Source of the DNA: Bacteroidota bacterium
GTDB lineage: Bacteria; Bacteroidota; Bacteroidia; JABEUT01
Length of the DNA: 64,000 nt
Assembly (NCBI GenBank): GCA_013288345.1
Contig: JABDCA010000008.1
Location: 10,024 to 74,023, forward strand
Reading direction: 5' to 3'
The notes beneath the pieces were generated by a model that saw only the letters and a list, made by a program, of their open reading frames with translations, searched no databases and was not told where the DNA came from. Numbering within the stretch: the first letter of the stretch is position 1; every line of letters starts with the position of its first letter. The translations under genes were made by a program, and so were the position numbers. Shown piece after piece: positions 25,318 to 35,248 of the stretch.

Positions 25318-26865
25318 TTACTGCTCTAGTTTAACCGCATCATATTTTATTTCTATATCGTCCTTATAGGTTATCGTCAAAAACAAATTACCATCTGCAT
25401 CAAAGTATCTCCATTTATCTTCCATGGCACCCATTGAGTAAAGCCCTGATAGCTCAACTTTACCATCTGGGGAATACCAAACATGTTTCCCATCAGCACG
25501 GCCTTGGTTATACCCGCCCTGAAATCTTATCTTGCCATTATCTACGTAATATTCCGTCCAAATACTGTCTTGCTGGTCGTCGGTATATTTGCCAATGCTT
25601 TTGTAATTGCCAAGTATGTAAAACCATTTTCCTTCTTTCAGGCCTTCCACATATTCGCCATTGGTAATTACACTTCCTGAATCGGTGTACTCAATAAAAT
25701 CCCCATCTTCCAGGCCATTCACAAAATTACTTTCACGTCGTACCTTGGCATCATCGTAATACCACATCCATTTTCCCTGCTGCCTTCCACGCTGATCATA
25801 CTTGCCGGTTTCAAACAACTTCGAATTTGAATAATAGTATTTCCAATCGCCAACTTTTACACCATGCAGGTATTTTCCAATCGACTTTAGTTTACCGTTT
25901 TCATGAAACTCTTTCCATTCCCCTTCCTGAACACCACTAGTATCTAATACACCTTCGGCCATTACACGGCCACTGTCATATATATCCGCCTTTTCAACTG
26001 CACCGGCTTCGTTAAACTGCATGTGTACGCCTACGGCCAGGTTATTTTTATACGGGCCTTCCGATTGAACTCTTCCATCAGGGAAGTAGGTTGTCTTTAC
26101 ATCAAGCTTTGCCAACTCAGGCGCATCCGTCTGTAATACATCGTTAATATATTTTTCAATAGTAATCATACTACCTGCATCTGTATATGTTTTAAAGTAG
26201 CCATCTTTCTTGCCATCTGCATAAGTACCTTCCCACTGAACATTTCCATTCGCAAAAAATGTTTGCCATAAACCTTCTTTATGATTTTGAATATTGTACC
26301 TGTTTATTTTATAAACCTTTTTCACAAAACCACCTTTGTAAATGGTAATGGTAGTAATTAAGGAATCGGGCGAAAATTCAAGCGATTTACCCTCGGCAAG
26401 GCCATCCTTGTAATTTATTATGTTATGCAATTTACCGCCACTGTATAGATACGAAAAGCCCTGTAACGTATCATTTATATAGTTTTCTTTTGCTGTTAAA
26501 ATACCCTTTGTACTATCTTTTGAATCAATACCGTAGCTGCATTTATACCCATTCTTTTTACCATTTTTATAGGTAAACGATACATACATGATTCCCTTTG
26601 CCGAGTAGAATTTCCAAATACTATCGAGTACGTAATCTTTTCTGTTACCCTCCGATTTTATTTTACCGGTCTCGTAATATGTTTTCCAATATCCATCCGG
26701 CTTCCCATTGTGTATGGTGCCTTCGCTTGAAAGTTTTCCATTGGCATAATACAATTTATTATAACCCTCAGATGTTTTTTGGGCAAGCAACTTAACAGGA
26801 TTTATAAACCCTATAACTGTTATAAACAGGGCTAAAAAATATGATATTTTAAGTTGCGTTTTCAT
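25318..26865 (-). CDS. Secreted MORN-repeat-variant (YwqK-like) protein
   Basis: Signal peptide and more than 15 repeats of the G-x-x-x-G-x-W-x-x-Y/F-Y-x-x-G type (GKPDGYWKTYYETGK, GVKVGDWKYYYSNSK, GRQQGKWMWYYDDAK). Confidence 0.75.
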   Translation of the reverse strand: MKTQLKISYFLALFITVIGFINPVKLLAQKTSEGYNKLYYANGKLSSEGTIHNGKPDGYWKTYYETGKIKSEGNRKDYVLDSIWKFYSAKGIMYVSFTYKNGKKNGYKCSYGIDSKDSTKGILTAKENYINDTLQGFSYLYSGGKLHNIINYKDGLAEGKSLEFSPDSLITTITIYKGGFVKKVYKINRYNIQNHKEGLWQTFFANGNVQWEGTYADGKKDGYFKTYTDAGSMITIEKYINDVLQTDAPELAKLDVKTTYFPDGRVQSEGPYKNNLAVGVHMQFNEAGAVEKADIYDSGRVMAEGVLDTSGVQEGEWKEFHENGKLKSIGKYLHGVKVGDWKYYYSNSKLFETGKYDQRGRQQGKWMWYYDDAKVRRESNFVNGLEDGDFIEYTDSGSVITNGEYVEGLKEGKWFYILGNYKSIGKYTDDQQDSIWTEYYVDNGKIRFQGGYNQGRADGKHVWYSPDGKVELSGLYSMGAMEDKWRYFDADGNLFLTITYKDDIEIKYDAVKLEQ

Positions 26866-26867
26866 TT

Positions 26868-27845
26868 TTAGTTAGCTGATAATTCAAGCATTCTGCGAAT
26901 AGATTTCTCTGCAGCTTTCATTAATTCAGGTTTCATAATAACTTCAGGTTTCTCGTATTTCATACAATTATAAAGCTTTTCTATGGTATTTAGCTTCATA
27001 TGAGGGCAATCGTTACAAGCGCATGAATTGGTTGGTGGGGCCGGAATAAATGTTTTATGCGGCGAAGCTTTCATCATTTGATGAATAATACCTGTTTCAG
27101 TGGCTACTATATATTCATTGCCTTTATCTTCCTGTGTAAATTTAAGCATGGCAGATGTTGATCCTATCATATCTGCAATGCGCAACACAGGTTCTTCGCA
27201 TTCAGGGTGTGCAATTAATTTAGCCTTAGGGTTTAGTTCTTTTAAACGGCTTATTTTTTCTAATGAAAATATTTCATGTACCATACACGAACCATTCCAT
27301 AAAACCATATTACGGCCTGTTTTCTTTACTAAATAAGCTCCCAGGTTTTTATCGGGCGAAAATATTATTCCCTGGTCTTTAGGAACACTGTTAATTATTT
27401 TTTCAGCATTACTCGAAGTACAAATTATATCAGTAAGGGCTTTCACTTCTGCAGAACAATTGATATATGATATGACTACGTGATTGGGATGTTGTTTAAT
27501 AAATGCTTCAAATTTATCGGCCGGGCAAGAATCAGCAAGTGAACAACCGGCGCGCAAATCGGGCATTATAACTTTTTTTGTAGGGTTTAAAACCTTAGCT
27601 GTTTCAGCCATAAAATGCACACCTGCAAAAACAATTATATCGGCTTTTGTTCTGGCAGCCTCCTGAGCAAGGGCAAGGCTATCACCAATAAAATCGGCAA
27701 CATCCTGTATATCGGCATCCTGGTAGTAATGGGCAAGGATAATAGCATTTTTCTCTTTTTTAAGTTTTTTTATCTCCTCAAAGATATCTAAACTTATATC
27801 GAACTTTTCGTTTTTTATTTCTACATTACCTAAATACATATTCAT
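26868..27845 (-). CDS. nadA: Quinolinate synthase A
   Basis: [23 protein letters not shown] and [10 protein letters not shown] are characteristic NadA motifs and Fe-S cysteines. Confidence 0.9.
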   Translation of the reverse strand: MNMYLGNVEIKNEKFDISLDIFEEIKKLKKEKNAIILAHYYQDADIQDVADFIGDSLALAQEAARTKADIIVFAGVHFMAETAKVLNPTKKVIMPDLRAGCSLADSCPADKFEAFIKQHPNHVVISYINCSAEVKALTDIICTSSNAEKIINSVPKDQGIIFSPDKNLGAYLVKKTGRNMVLWNGSCMVHEIFSLEKISRLKELNPKAKLIAHPECEEPVLRIADMIGSTSAMLKFTQEDKGNEYIVATETGIIHQMMKASPHKTFIPAPPTNSCACNDCPHMKLNTIEKLYNCMKYEKPEVIMKPELMKAAEKSIRRMLELSAN

Positions 27846-28282
27846 ATAATATATATATCTTTTAAATTTTAAATCTTATGTTATTGTTATAAGGGTGTTA
27901 GCATGGTTTGTAAAATAATTGAATAATACTTGCTTATTCAAAACTATCACTCCATTAACAAGTAATAAGACTTTATAAGAACAGAACATACTGATTTTCA
28001 AACCTATTTTAAGTAATGAACACTGTGTTAGTTGTTATTCACAAATGCCAATTGTTGATATGTTATTTTAAAATCTTCGTGTATAAGCATGTTAACTATA
28101 ACTGATTAAAAACTCTCTTATTTTGTTTGTATGTCTAAAATAAATTTACGGCACTACTAGTAATACAATGCAAAGTTATTTAATAAAGAGATGTTAACAT
28201 GCTAAACCTGCTTATTAACAATTGCCGTTCATAAAAGATTTTGCCACTGTATCTTTTTTTTAGTATGTAAGCAATTGCGTAG

Positions 28283-28290
28283 TAACTTTG
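28283..28290 (+). promoter_or_regulatory. -7 promoter box TAACTTTG for rpiB
   Basis: TAACTTTG lies 24 nt upstream of the ATG at 28315. Confidence 0.45.
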
Positions 28291-28314
28291 CAACTTAATA
28301 AAAACAGCAAGGTA

Positions 28315-28743
28315 ATGAAAATAGCTATTGGCGCTGACCATGCGGGGTATGAGCTTAAGGAAAAAGTTAAGAAGTATCTGCAAGTGAAAGGAGTAGAAGT
28401 AAAAGATTTTGGCGCAAATTCAGCCGAACGTGTCGATTACCCCGATTTTTCACATCCGGTTGCAATAGCGGTAGAAAGCAAACAAGTTGACCTGGGAATT
28501 GTTATTTGCGGCAGTGGCAATGGAGTTAACATGGCTGCCAATCGCCACCATGGTGTACGTTCTGCACTTTGCTGGATGGAAGAAATAGCGGTGCTGGCAC
28601 GCCAACATAACAATGCTAATGTAATGGCACTACCTGCCCGCTTTATGGATGAGAAAGAAGCACAGAAGTGTGTAGATGCCTTTATGAATACCCCATTTGA
28701 AGGTGGCAGGCATACCGACAGGATCAATAAAATAGAATGCTAA
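28315..28743 (+). CDS. rpiB: Ribose-5-phosphate isomerase B
   Basis: MKIAIGADHAGYELK and VICGSGNGVNMAANR. I moved the start to the ATG at 28315, because the ORF-track TTG start at 28288 lies in the promoter box. Confidence 0.9.
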   Translation: MKIAIGADHAGYELKEKVKKYLQVKGVEVKDFGANSAERVDYPDFSHPVAIAVESKQVDLGIVICGSGNGVNMAANRHHGVRSALCWMEEIAVLARQHNNANVMALPARFMDEKEAQKCVDAFMNTPFEGGRHTDRINKIEC

Positions 28744-28757
28744 TACAATAAAGCGTT

Positions 28758-30140
28758 ATGTCAAGTAATCTCGAAGTTTTTCTTAAAAATGCTGAAGCCC
28801 GGACCTTTGACCCTGAGCATAAAAGGAAGCTGCTTTTTAATATAGGCCAGTACGATAAAAAGGTAGTTGTTGGCAAGCAGCAGTACTCTAATTTACAGTT
28901 AGCCCGCAACAAGGCTTCTGCTATTAAGAGTAAGGTTACCGAGAACATGGAGAAGTACCTGATAGAGTTTGAAACTAACTTTAAAAGGAACGGAGGCAAG
29001 GTTATTTGGGCGCCCGATGCAGAGGTTGCCATGAAGGAGATCATTGACATTTTGAAGCGGATCAATGCTAAGATGTTGGTTAAATCCAAGTCGATGGTTA
29101 CCGAAGAGGTAGATGTGAACCACATATGCGAGAAGCACAATATAGAGAGCCTTGAGACCGATTTGGGTGAGGTGATACAGCAAATGGATGGAGAGGCTCC
29201 ATACCACATTGTAACGCCTGCTATGCACAAATCGAAAGAGGATGTGGCTAAGTTATTTAATGAGAAAAAAGGTACGCCTATTGATTGGACCCCGGAACAG
29301 ATAACCGCTTATGTGCGCCAAATGCTCAGGGAGAAATATCCTAAGGCTGATGCGGGTATTACGGGCGGTAACTTCCTGATTGCGGATATTGGTGGGGTAG
29401 AGGTAAGCGAGAATGAAGGGAATGCCTATATGTCTATTGCTTTTCCAAGAGTACATATTGCCATTGTAGGTATTGAGAAAATATTACCGTCATTAGCTGA
29501 TTTAGATTTGTTTTTGCCATTGCTTGCTACGCATGGTACAGGCCAGCGTGTTACCGTTTATAATAATATACTTACAGGTCCGCGCCAACCAGGCGAGGTA
29601 GATGGCCCTGAGGAAATGTATGTGGTATTACTCGATAATGGCCGTACAGACCTGCTAGCCCGTAAAGAACAACGCAGGGCGCTTAACTGCATACGTTGTG
29701 GCGCTTGTTTGAATGCTTGCCCTATATATCGTAACATTGGTGGCCATGCTTATGGCACAACATATAGCGGCCCAATTGGCTCGGTTATTACACCAAGCAT
29801 GAGTGGCATGAAAGAATTTAAACACCTTAGTTATGCTTCTTCGCTCTGCGGAAGGTGTACTGAGGTTTGCCCTGTGAACATTGATATACATAATCTGTTA
29901 TTGCTTAACCGCAAAGATTCCGTTGAAGAAGGATATACTACCCGCAGCGAAAACGTAATCTGGAAATTCTGGCGCAAGGCCATGCTAAAGCGCAGCAGAA
30001 TGGAGAGGGGAGGAGCATCATTTAAAAACTTTATGATACGCCGTTTCTTTAAAGAAGCCTGGGGTACCCGCCGCGAACTGCCTACTGTTGCTCCAAAGTC
30101 CTTCAACCAATTGTGGAAGGAAAGGACGAAAAGCAAGTAA
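28758..30140 (+). CDS. LutB/YkgF-like iron-sulfur protein (LUD domain plus two 4Fe-4S motifs)
   Basis: CIRCGACLNACPIY and CGRCTEVCPVNI, preceded by a ~300-aa LUD-type domain. Confidence 0.75.
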   Translation: MSSNLEVFLKNAEARTFDPEHKRKLLFNIGQYDKKVVVGKQQYSNLQLARNKASAIKSKVTENMEKYLIEFETNFKRNGGKVIWAPDAEVAMKEIIDILKRINAKMLVKSKSMVTEEVDVNHICEKHNIESLETDLGEVIQQMDGEAPYHIVTPAMHKSKEDVAKLFNEKKGTPIDWTPEQITAYVRQMLREKYPKADAGITGGNFLIADIGGVEVSENEGNAYMSIAFPRVHIAIVGIEKILPSLADLDLFLPLLATHGTGQRVTVYNNILTGPRQPGEVDGPEEMYVVLLDNGRTDLLARKEQRRALNCIRCGACLNACPIYRNIGGHAYGTTYSGPIGSVITPSMSGMKEFKHLSYASSLCGRCTEVCPVNIDIHNLLLLNRKDSVEEGYTTRSENVIWKFWRKAMLKRSRMERGGASFKNFMIRRFFKEAWGTRRELPTVAPKSFNQLWKERTKSK

Positions 30141-30144
30141 AACA

Positions 30145-30182
30145 GAATATCGAATACTGAACACCCAATACTGAATTTCGAA
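30145..30182. repeat. Array of about 5 degenerate heptamers (GAATATC GAATACT GAACACC CAATACT GAATTTC), left arm
   Basis: Read directly. It is the imperfect inverted partner of 30229-30266. Confidence 0.7.
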
Positions 30183-30228
30183 CCAAATAGAACTGCTAGA
30201 GCTCAGTATAAAACTCGTATTTTATTAT

Positions 30229-30266
30229 TTCGATATTGGATATTCGGTGTTCGATATTCAGTATTC
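30229..30266. repeat. Heptamer array, right arm (inverted orientation)
   Basis: By hand alignment, the reverse complement of TTCGATATTGGATATTCGGTGTTCGATATTCAGTATTC matches about three quarters of the left arm. Confidence 0.7.
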
Positions 30267-30272
30267 TTTTAT

Positions 30273-30764
30273 TTACTGCGGCACAAACTCAGACTCCCTG
30301 CCACCGCCTTGCCTTCTCTTCTTCAACTGCTCTAATAGGTAGAGCTTGAATTGTTCTTCAGCGATGAACAGTTTGGCCACTTGTTTGAGAGATATCACTT
30401 CCTGGAACTTAACTACATATTTTTTATGCAAGTCGAGCTCGCGGGTCTTAACATCAATTTCGTTGGTTATAAGCTTCTGCACATCGGCATCGCTCATGTT
30501 ATCAATACCGCCTGCAGTCTTTACTGTCTGTGCGTTTTGCTTGCGTTGCTTTTGCAGTTCTTCTTGGTCGAGCTTGAATTGGTTATACACAGGCCAGAAC
30601 TTCTGAGACTGCTCAGGGGTCAAATTTATTTTCTCCGTTAAGTAAGCGGTATGCATATTCTCAATATTATCTTTTCTGTTTTGTGCCTGCAAAGCCGGTA
30701 CAAACAACGCAATCAACCCGAGCAGGGCGAAAAAAGATTTGCTGATTTTCTTTAGTGTTCTCAT
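30273..30764 (-). CDS. Periplasmic Spy/CpxP-like (LTxxQ-type) helical protein
   Basis: Signal peptide MRTLKKISKSFFALLGLIALFVPALQAQ, then LTPEQSQKFWPVYNQF and helical K/E/Q-rich repeats. I chose the internal ATG (30764) as the start to avoid overlap with the upstream gene. Confidence 0.6.
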   Translation of the reverse strand: MRTLKKISKSFFALLGLIALFVPALQAQNRKDNIENMHTAYLTEKINLTPEQSQKFWPVYNQFKLDQEELQKQRKQNAQTVKTAGGIDNMSDADVQKLITNEIDVKTRELDLHKKYVVKFQEVISLKQVAKLFIAEEQFKLYLLEQLKKRRQGGGRESEFVPQ

Positions 30765-30768
30765 AATC

Positions 30769-31260
30769 TTAAAGTGCATTTTCGATGTCAGTAGCATCTA
30801 CGTTATGGTTCATCAGGTAGTTAACAATGTCTTGCTGGCCGCTGGCCGAATCAGTGCGCATAGGTACTGTAGCAGCAGTGTTATCATTTTGCAATTCTTC
30901 TTCAAGCGAATTTACATCTACATAATCAATATTGTTTTGCAGGTGTTGATACATAGCAGAATCAGCTACTTGTGCGGTAAGCACTTCGAGCGTAGCAGGT
31001 GTAGGGGTTTGACGCACGTAATAAACAAAGCCTATTACAAAAGCCAGTGAAGCAGCTATCCACTGTGGCCTGAAGAGCCAGAATAGTTTACTCTTTTTAA
31101 GCACCGCATTGCTCTCACGGGCCTTATCCATGATGGATGAGGGCAGGGCATCAAAGTATCCTTCAGGTACCGTGTATGGGTTCCTTTTGGGGATACTTGC
31201 CAGTAAAGGCGCCTCTTTCCCTAAATCATCCTCGTTTAATATGTTGTTATCTCCTCTCAT
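30769..31260 (-). CDS. Putative anti-sigma factor / single-pass membrane protein in the ECF sigma operon
   Basis: Lies directly downstream of the ECF sigma gene. One TM helix (WIAASLAFVIGFVYYV). No zinc-finger motif seen. Confidence 0.5.
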   Translation of the reverse strand: MRGDNNILNEDDLGKEAPLLASIPKRNPYTVPEGYFDALPSSIMDKARESNAVLKKSKLFWLFRPQWIAASLAFVIGFVYYVRQTPTPATLEVLTAQVADSAMYQHLQNNIDYVDVNSLEEELQNDNTAATVPMRTDSASGQQDIVNYLMNHNVDATDIENAL

Positions 31261-31293
31261 TACAACTATTTGACGCCAAAATTATGGCTAAGT

Positions 31294-31842
31294 TTAATTA
31301 TTCTTCAAAAAATCCTCTATTTTCTTGACTGCGTGGTGGTACGAGGCCTTTAGCGCCCCAACTGAAGTCTCCAGTACCTCTGACATTTCCTCGTAGGGCA
31401 TCTCATCGTAATATCTCAAATTGAATACAACACGTTGCTTCTCGGGCAGCGTGAGCATGGCCTGTTCAAGCTTCTTTTCGATCTCATCGCCTTTGTAATA
31501 ATTATCATCGGGCCGGCGCGATAGGCCGCGCTCTACCTTATCGAAAGCCACATACAGCGGGGCCCTTTTTTGTTTCAGGAAGGTGAGCGATTCGTTAGTA
31601 GCTATGCGGTATATCCAGGTATAAAGCCTTGATGCCTCTTTAAAGCCATCGAGGTTCTTCCAGACTTTTATAAAGGTGTTCTGCACCACATCGTTAGCAT
31701 CGTCATGGTCAATGATTATGCGGCGTACCTGCCAGTAAACCCGCTTTTGGTACTTGGTAACCAGCATATTGAAAGCCAGGTTGCGCGTGCTCTCCACACG
31801 GAACTGCTCCAACAACTCAATATCGCTGATCTCTTTGCTCAT
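31294..31842 (-). CDS. ECF-type RNA polymerase sigma-70 factor
   Basis: Region 2 (DANDVVQNTFIKVW, RLYTWIYRIATN) and region 4 (LPEKQRVVFNLRYYDEMPYEEMSEVLETSVGALKASYHHAVKKI). Confidence 0.85.
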   Translation of the reverse strand: MSKEISDIELLEQFRVESTRNLAFNMLVTKYQKRVYWQVRRIIIDHDDANDVVQNTFIKVWKNLDGFKEASRLYTWIYRIATNESLTFLKQKRAPLYVAFDKVERGLSRRPDDNYYKGDEIEKKLEQAMLTLPEKQRVVFNLRYYDEMPYEEMSEVLETSVGALKASYHHAVKKIEDFLKNN

Positions 31843-31893
31843 TTGAAGGTGTTAAATAAGCTTTGTAAGATGAAGATAGGATGAAATAGTGAA

Positions 31894-31980
31894 GCCCCTC
31901 CTAAATCCTCCCCATAAGGGAGGACTTAATAACGACATTTACCCAGTGAAGCCTCCCTAATGGGGAGGTTGGGAGGGGCC
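31894..31980. repeat. GC-rich nested palindromic element (copy E2), intergenic
   Basis: GCCCCTCC...CCTCCCCATAAGGGAGG...CCTCCCTAATGGGGAGG...GGAGGGGC. The outer arms pair with each other, and there are two inner hairpins. Confidence 0.8.
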
Positions 31981-32196
31981 GCTAAATAACAATAGACATT
32001 AACAATACCCACCCTCTGAACCCCTTTATTGACAATGCCTCCATTGTTAATAACAATGAATAACAATAGAACTATGCTAAGGCTTTTAGCAATTACCGTA
32101 TAATTAATTGATAATCAATACTATGCAGAACACTCAGATATCTATTAGATTTTAAAATAAAAATAGCCTTTATTTATTGTTTCATATCTTTAAGAT

Positions 32197-33246
32197 ATGA
32201 AAAGGCTACTCATTATTATTTCTGCATTCTTATGCTCTTTTCTTCAAGCACAAAATCTTGTACCTAACTACTCGTTCGAGAAGTACGATACTTGTGTTAA
32301 TCAATTTGTGGAATATAATGGTTACGTTTCTGATTGGATAGGGCAAGAAGGCGACGGCGGCTTGAGTTGGTGTACTCATCAATGTGCCGATACTGCTATT
32401 CAGGCAAATTCAGCAGGTGTGCCATCGAATGCTGTTGGGTTTCAATATGCGCATACTGGGCAATCGTATACTGAATTATGGACATTTGCAAATGGTAGCC
32501 CCAATCGTGCAGACTCAACATTTCCTTATGGGCATAATATGTATTTTAATACAAGAGATTATATAGAGGTGAAACTATTGGATTCGCTTAAGGCAGGAGA
32601 AATATACTATGTTACTTTTTATATGAGCCTTGCTGATAGTTCTATATATGCGTGTAATGATATAGGTGCATACCTCTCTAATTTGCAGGTACCTATGAGT
32701 GGTAGTTCAGCATTGGATTCTCTAACTCCACAAATTGCAAATGACCCGAAGAAGCAAGAACTGACGGACAAGAAAAACTGGATGAAAATCAATGGGAATT
32801 ATACTGCGGTGGGTGGAGAAAAATATATAACGATAGGTAACTTCAAAAATGATTCGCTAAGCAGCATCAGGTATTTGGGGCCTGATAATCCACAATATAG
32901 CTGTGCCTATTACTATATCGATGATGTTATAGTAAGTCCCGATAGTGCTTATGCCGATAGTATAATGGGCGTAGCCGAGTTAATAGTTAATAGTGAAAAG
33001 GTAAAAGTATTTCCGAACCCAAGCAACAATGGCATATTTACCCTTAATTTAAAAAGGAATAGCGAAAAGCTGGAAGTCGAGGTATACAATATCTTAGGAG
33101 AGAAAGTGTATTCACAGGCCCTTCGACAGGCTCAGGGCGACGATTTTATTGATTTAAGCACTCAATCATCCGGTATATATTTTTACCGCATAACCGATGA
33201 AAACGGAGCCTTACTAAAGGCAGATAAAATTGTAATAGCGAAGTAA
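32197..33246 (+). CDS. Secreted protein with a T9SS (Por) C-terminal sorting domain
   Basis: Signal peptide and a C-terminal ~80 aa (KVKVFPNPSNNGIFTLNL...GIYFYRITDENGALLKADKIVIAK) typical of a type A T9SS CTD. Confidence 0.75.
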   Translation: MKRLLIIISAFLCSFLQAQNLVPNYSFEKYDTCVNQFVEYNGYVSDWIGQEGDGGLSWCTHQCADTAIQANSAGVPSNAVGFQYAHTGQSYTELWTFANGSPNRADSTFPYGHNMYFNTRDYIEVKLLDSLKAGEIYYVTFYMSLADSSIYACNDIGAYLSNLQVPMSGSSALDSLTPQIANDPKKQELTDKKNWMKINGNYTAVGGEKYITIGNFKNDSLSSIRYLGPDNPQYSCAYYYIDDVIVSPDSAYADSIMGVAELIVNSEKVKVFPNPSNNGIFTLNLKRNSEKLEVEVYNILGEKVYSQALRQAQGDDFIDLSTQSSGIYFYRITDENGALLKADKIVIAK

Positions 33247-33284
33247 ATCCCGGGCTCAACCTAAATCTCAGCCTCAACCTTTAT

Positions 33285-34931
33285 CTAAACCTTCTCCTTC
33301 TTAACCGCCTCTTGAGGGGTTTTGTATTGTAGTCCTGCTTTTACAAAATCTACAAACAAAGGGTGTGGGTTGGCCACGGTACTTTTATATTCAGGGTGAA
33401 ACTGTACGCCTATAAACCAAGGATGGTCTTTCAGCTCAATTATTTCAACAAGCCCAGCTTCCGGGTGAACCCCTACAGCTTTCATGCCTGCCTTTTCAAA
33501 GTCGCCTAAGTATTCGTTATTAAATTCATAACGGTGGCGGTGGCGTTCGTTTATTTCTTTTGCTCCGTGGTATATCTGCTGCACTTTGCTTCCTTCCTTA
33601 AGGCTACAAGGGTATGATCCCAAGCGCATAGTGCCACCCATACGTGTAACTTTCTTTTGTGCTTCTTGCAAGTCAATTACTGCGTGGCTGGTTGCAGGGT
33701 TCATTTCGGTGCTGTGTGCATCTTTAAAGCCTAATACATTGCGGCCAAATTCTATTACCGCACATTGCATACCCAAGCATATTCCCAGGAAAGGAATTTT
33801 GTTTTCCCTGGCATATTTTATAGCTGCTATCTTACCTTCAATACCGCGTTTGCCAAAGCCCGGTGCAACTACTACACCGCGGATTCCCTCAAATTGTTTG
33901 GCTACTGTTTCTTCTGTAATATCTTCCGAATGTATCCACTCTATTTCAACCTTGGCATCGTTTGATGCACCTGCATGTATAAACGATTCAGAAATTGATT
34001 TATATGAATCTTTAAGCTCAACATATTTACCTACCAGTGCAACACGAATTAAATTCTTCGGGTGGCTCAGGTGTTCTAAAAATTCTTTCCAGCTCTTCAT
34101 GTCTGGTATGGTATCTGTAGGGAGCCCAAGCTTTTTAAGTACTACCTCATCCAGCTTTTCATTTTCCATCAGTACCGGCACCTCATATATGGTGCGGGCA
34201 TCAATAGCTTCAATAACAGCCTCCTGTGCTACGTTACAAAAACGAGCAAGCTTCTGGCGTATATCTTCGTCGATAGGACAAATGCTGCGGCATACCAGTA
34301 TATCGGGCTGTACACCATATTCTAATAACGATTTAACCGAGTGTTGTGTAGGCTTGGTCTTTAATTCGCCTGTGGTATGCAAGTAGGGTAGTAGGGTAAG
34401 GTGAATGTTTAAACAATCTTTCCCATGCTCCCATTTCATTTGGCGAACGGCCTCAATGTATGGCAGCGATTCAATGTCGCCAACGGTTCCGCCAATTTCA
34501 GTAATAACAAAATTATAGTTACCCGATTTCGCTAAAATGCGGAAACGGTTCTTTATTTCATCGGTAATATGTGGTATTACCTGTACTGTCTTTCCTAAAT
34601 AATCGCCTTTTCTTTCTTTGTCAATAACGCTTTGGTAAACCCTTCCGGTAGTAACGTTGTTGGCTTGCGATGTAGGTATATTTAAAAAACGTTCGTAGTG
34701 CCCAAGGTCAAGGTCGGTCTCAGCGCCATCGTCAGTAACAAAGCATTCGCCGTGTTCGTATGGGTTTAGTGTTCCCGGGTCAATATTTATATACGGATCG
34801 AACTTTTGAATGGTAACCGAGTAACCCCTGGCTTGCAATAATTTTGCCAGCGATGCCGAGATGATTCCTTTGCCAAGAGAAGATGTAACACCACCGGTTA
34901 CAAAAATATATTTGGTAGGAAAGCTGCTCAT
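33285..34931 (-). CDS. pyrG: CTP synthase
   Basis: [17 protein letters not shown], the GICLGMQ glutamine amidotransferase Cys, and HRHRYEFN. Confidence 0.95.
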   Translation of the reverse strand: MSSFPTKYIFVTGGVTSSLGKGIISASLAKLLQARGYSVTIQKFDPYINIDPGTLNPYEHGECFVTDDGAETDLDLGHYERFLNIPTSQANNVTTGRVYQSVIDKERKGDYLGKTVQVIPHITDEIKNRFRILAKSGNYNFVITEIGGTVGDIESLPYIEAVRQMKWEHGKDCLNIHLTLLPYLHTTGELKTKPTQHSVKSLLEYGVQPDILVCRSICPIDEDIRQKLARFCNVAQEAVIEAIDARTIYEVPVLMENEKLDEVVLKKLGLPTDTIPDMKSWKEFLEHLSHPKNLIRVALVGKYVELKDSYKSISESFIHAGASNDAKVEIEWIHSEDITEETVAKQFEGIRGVVVAPGFGKRGIEGKIAAIKYARENKIPFLGICLGMQCAVIEFGRNVLGFKDAHSTEMNPATSHAVIDLQEAQKKVTRMGGTMRLGSYPCSLKEGSKVQQIYHGAKEINERHRHRYEFNNEYLGDFEKAGMKAVGVHPEAGLVEIIELKDHPWFIGVQFHPEYKSTVANPHPLFVDFVKAGLQYKTPQEAVKKEKV

Positions 34932-35063
34932 AGCATCAACCGTTATAGTAAAATTAGTATTAAAAGCCTGTCGTACAAAGGTAGTGCTTTTTCGGTTAAT
35001 CTCTTTGATGTTTTATAAACCAATCAACAATTTTTTGTGAATAATGTTCAGGAATGCTTTTTA

Positions 35064-35129
35064 CCCCCAACCCCTAAAGGGGCTTTAACTACACGATAGG
35101 TTCTATACCCCCTTTAGGGGGAAGGGGGC
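35064..35129. repeat. GC-rich nested palindromic element (copy E3, variant sequence)
   Basis: CCCCCAACCCCTAAAGGGGC...CCCCCTTTAGGGGGAAGGGGGC. Same nested architecture as E1 and E2. Confidence 0.7.
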
Positions 35130-35229
35130 GGAACGCAATCTTAAACCCGTCATTAGTTTAGGGTTGACGAAAGTAGAAGTATTGTATCTTTTCAATTTTT
35201 CTGCATTATACCCATAGCCTTTATTTTTT

Positions 35230-35237
35230 ATAGCTTT
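35230..35237 (+). promoter_or_regulatory. -7 promoter box TAGCTTTG
   Basis: TAGCTTTG lies 11 nt upstream of the ATG at 35249. Confidence 0.4.
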
Positions 35238-35248
35238 GTAACGTAAGT

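Noticed and set aside
25318-26865. The MORN/YwqK-like proteins (also 35249-36139) as antitoxins of a toxin-antitoxin system
   Set aside because: Both have signal peptides, are long repeat proteins, and have no adjacent toxin-like gene. The 'YwqK antitoxin' label attached to this repeat family does not imply a TA module here.
21684-27845. Co-presence of kynA (kynurenine route) and nadA (aspartate route) as evidence for dual NAD biosynthesis
   Set aside because: Both are single genes without the rest of either pathway in view. TDO can serve tryptophan catabolism alone. This cannot be evaluated from the window.
28724-29230. 168-aa and 109-aa minus-strand ORFs antisense to the lutB-like gene
   Set aside because: These are shadow ORFs with no motifs. 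The plus-strand frame carries the LUD domain and, further downstream, two 4Fe-4S motifs.
33247-33284. A tandem CTCAACCT(A/T) repeat between the T9SS-cargo gene and pyrG
   Set aside because: There are only two short copies and no dyad symmetry. This is too little signal to distinguish from chance.
33586-34386. A 266-aa ORF on the plus strand, antisense to pyrG
   Set aside because: Its composition is S/L/C/I-rich and of low complexity, with no motifs. The opposite strand encodes an unmistakable CTP synthase ([18 protein letters not shown]). This is a typical shadow ORF.
31894-35129. The GC-rich palindromic repeats as a CRISPR array
   Set aside because: The copies are kilobases apart and not regularly spaced. 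They differ in sequence and length, and no cas genes are present.
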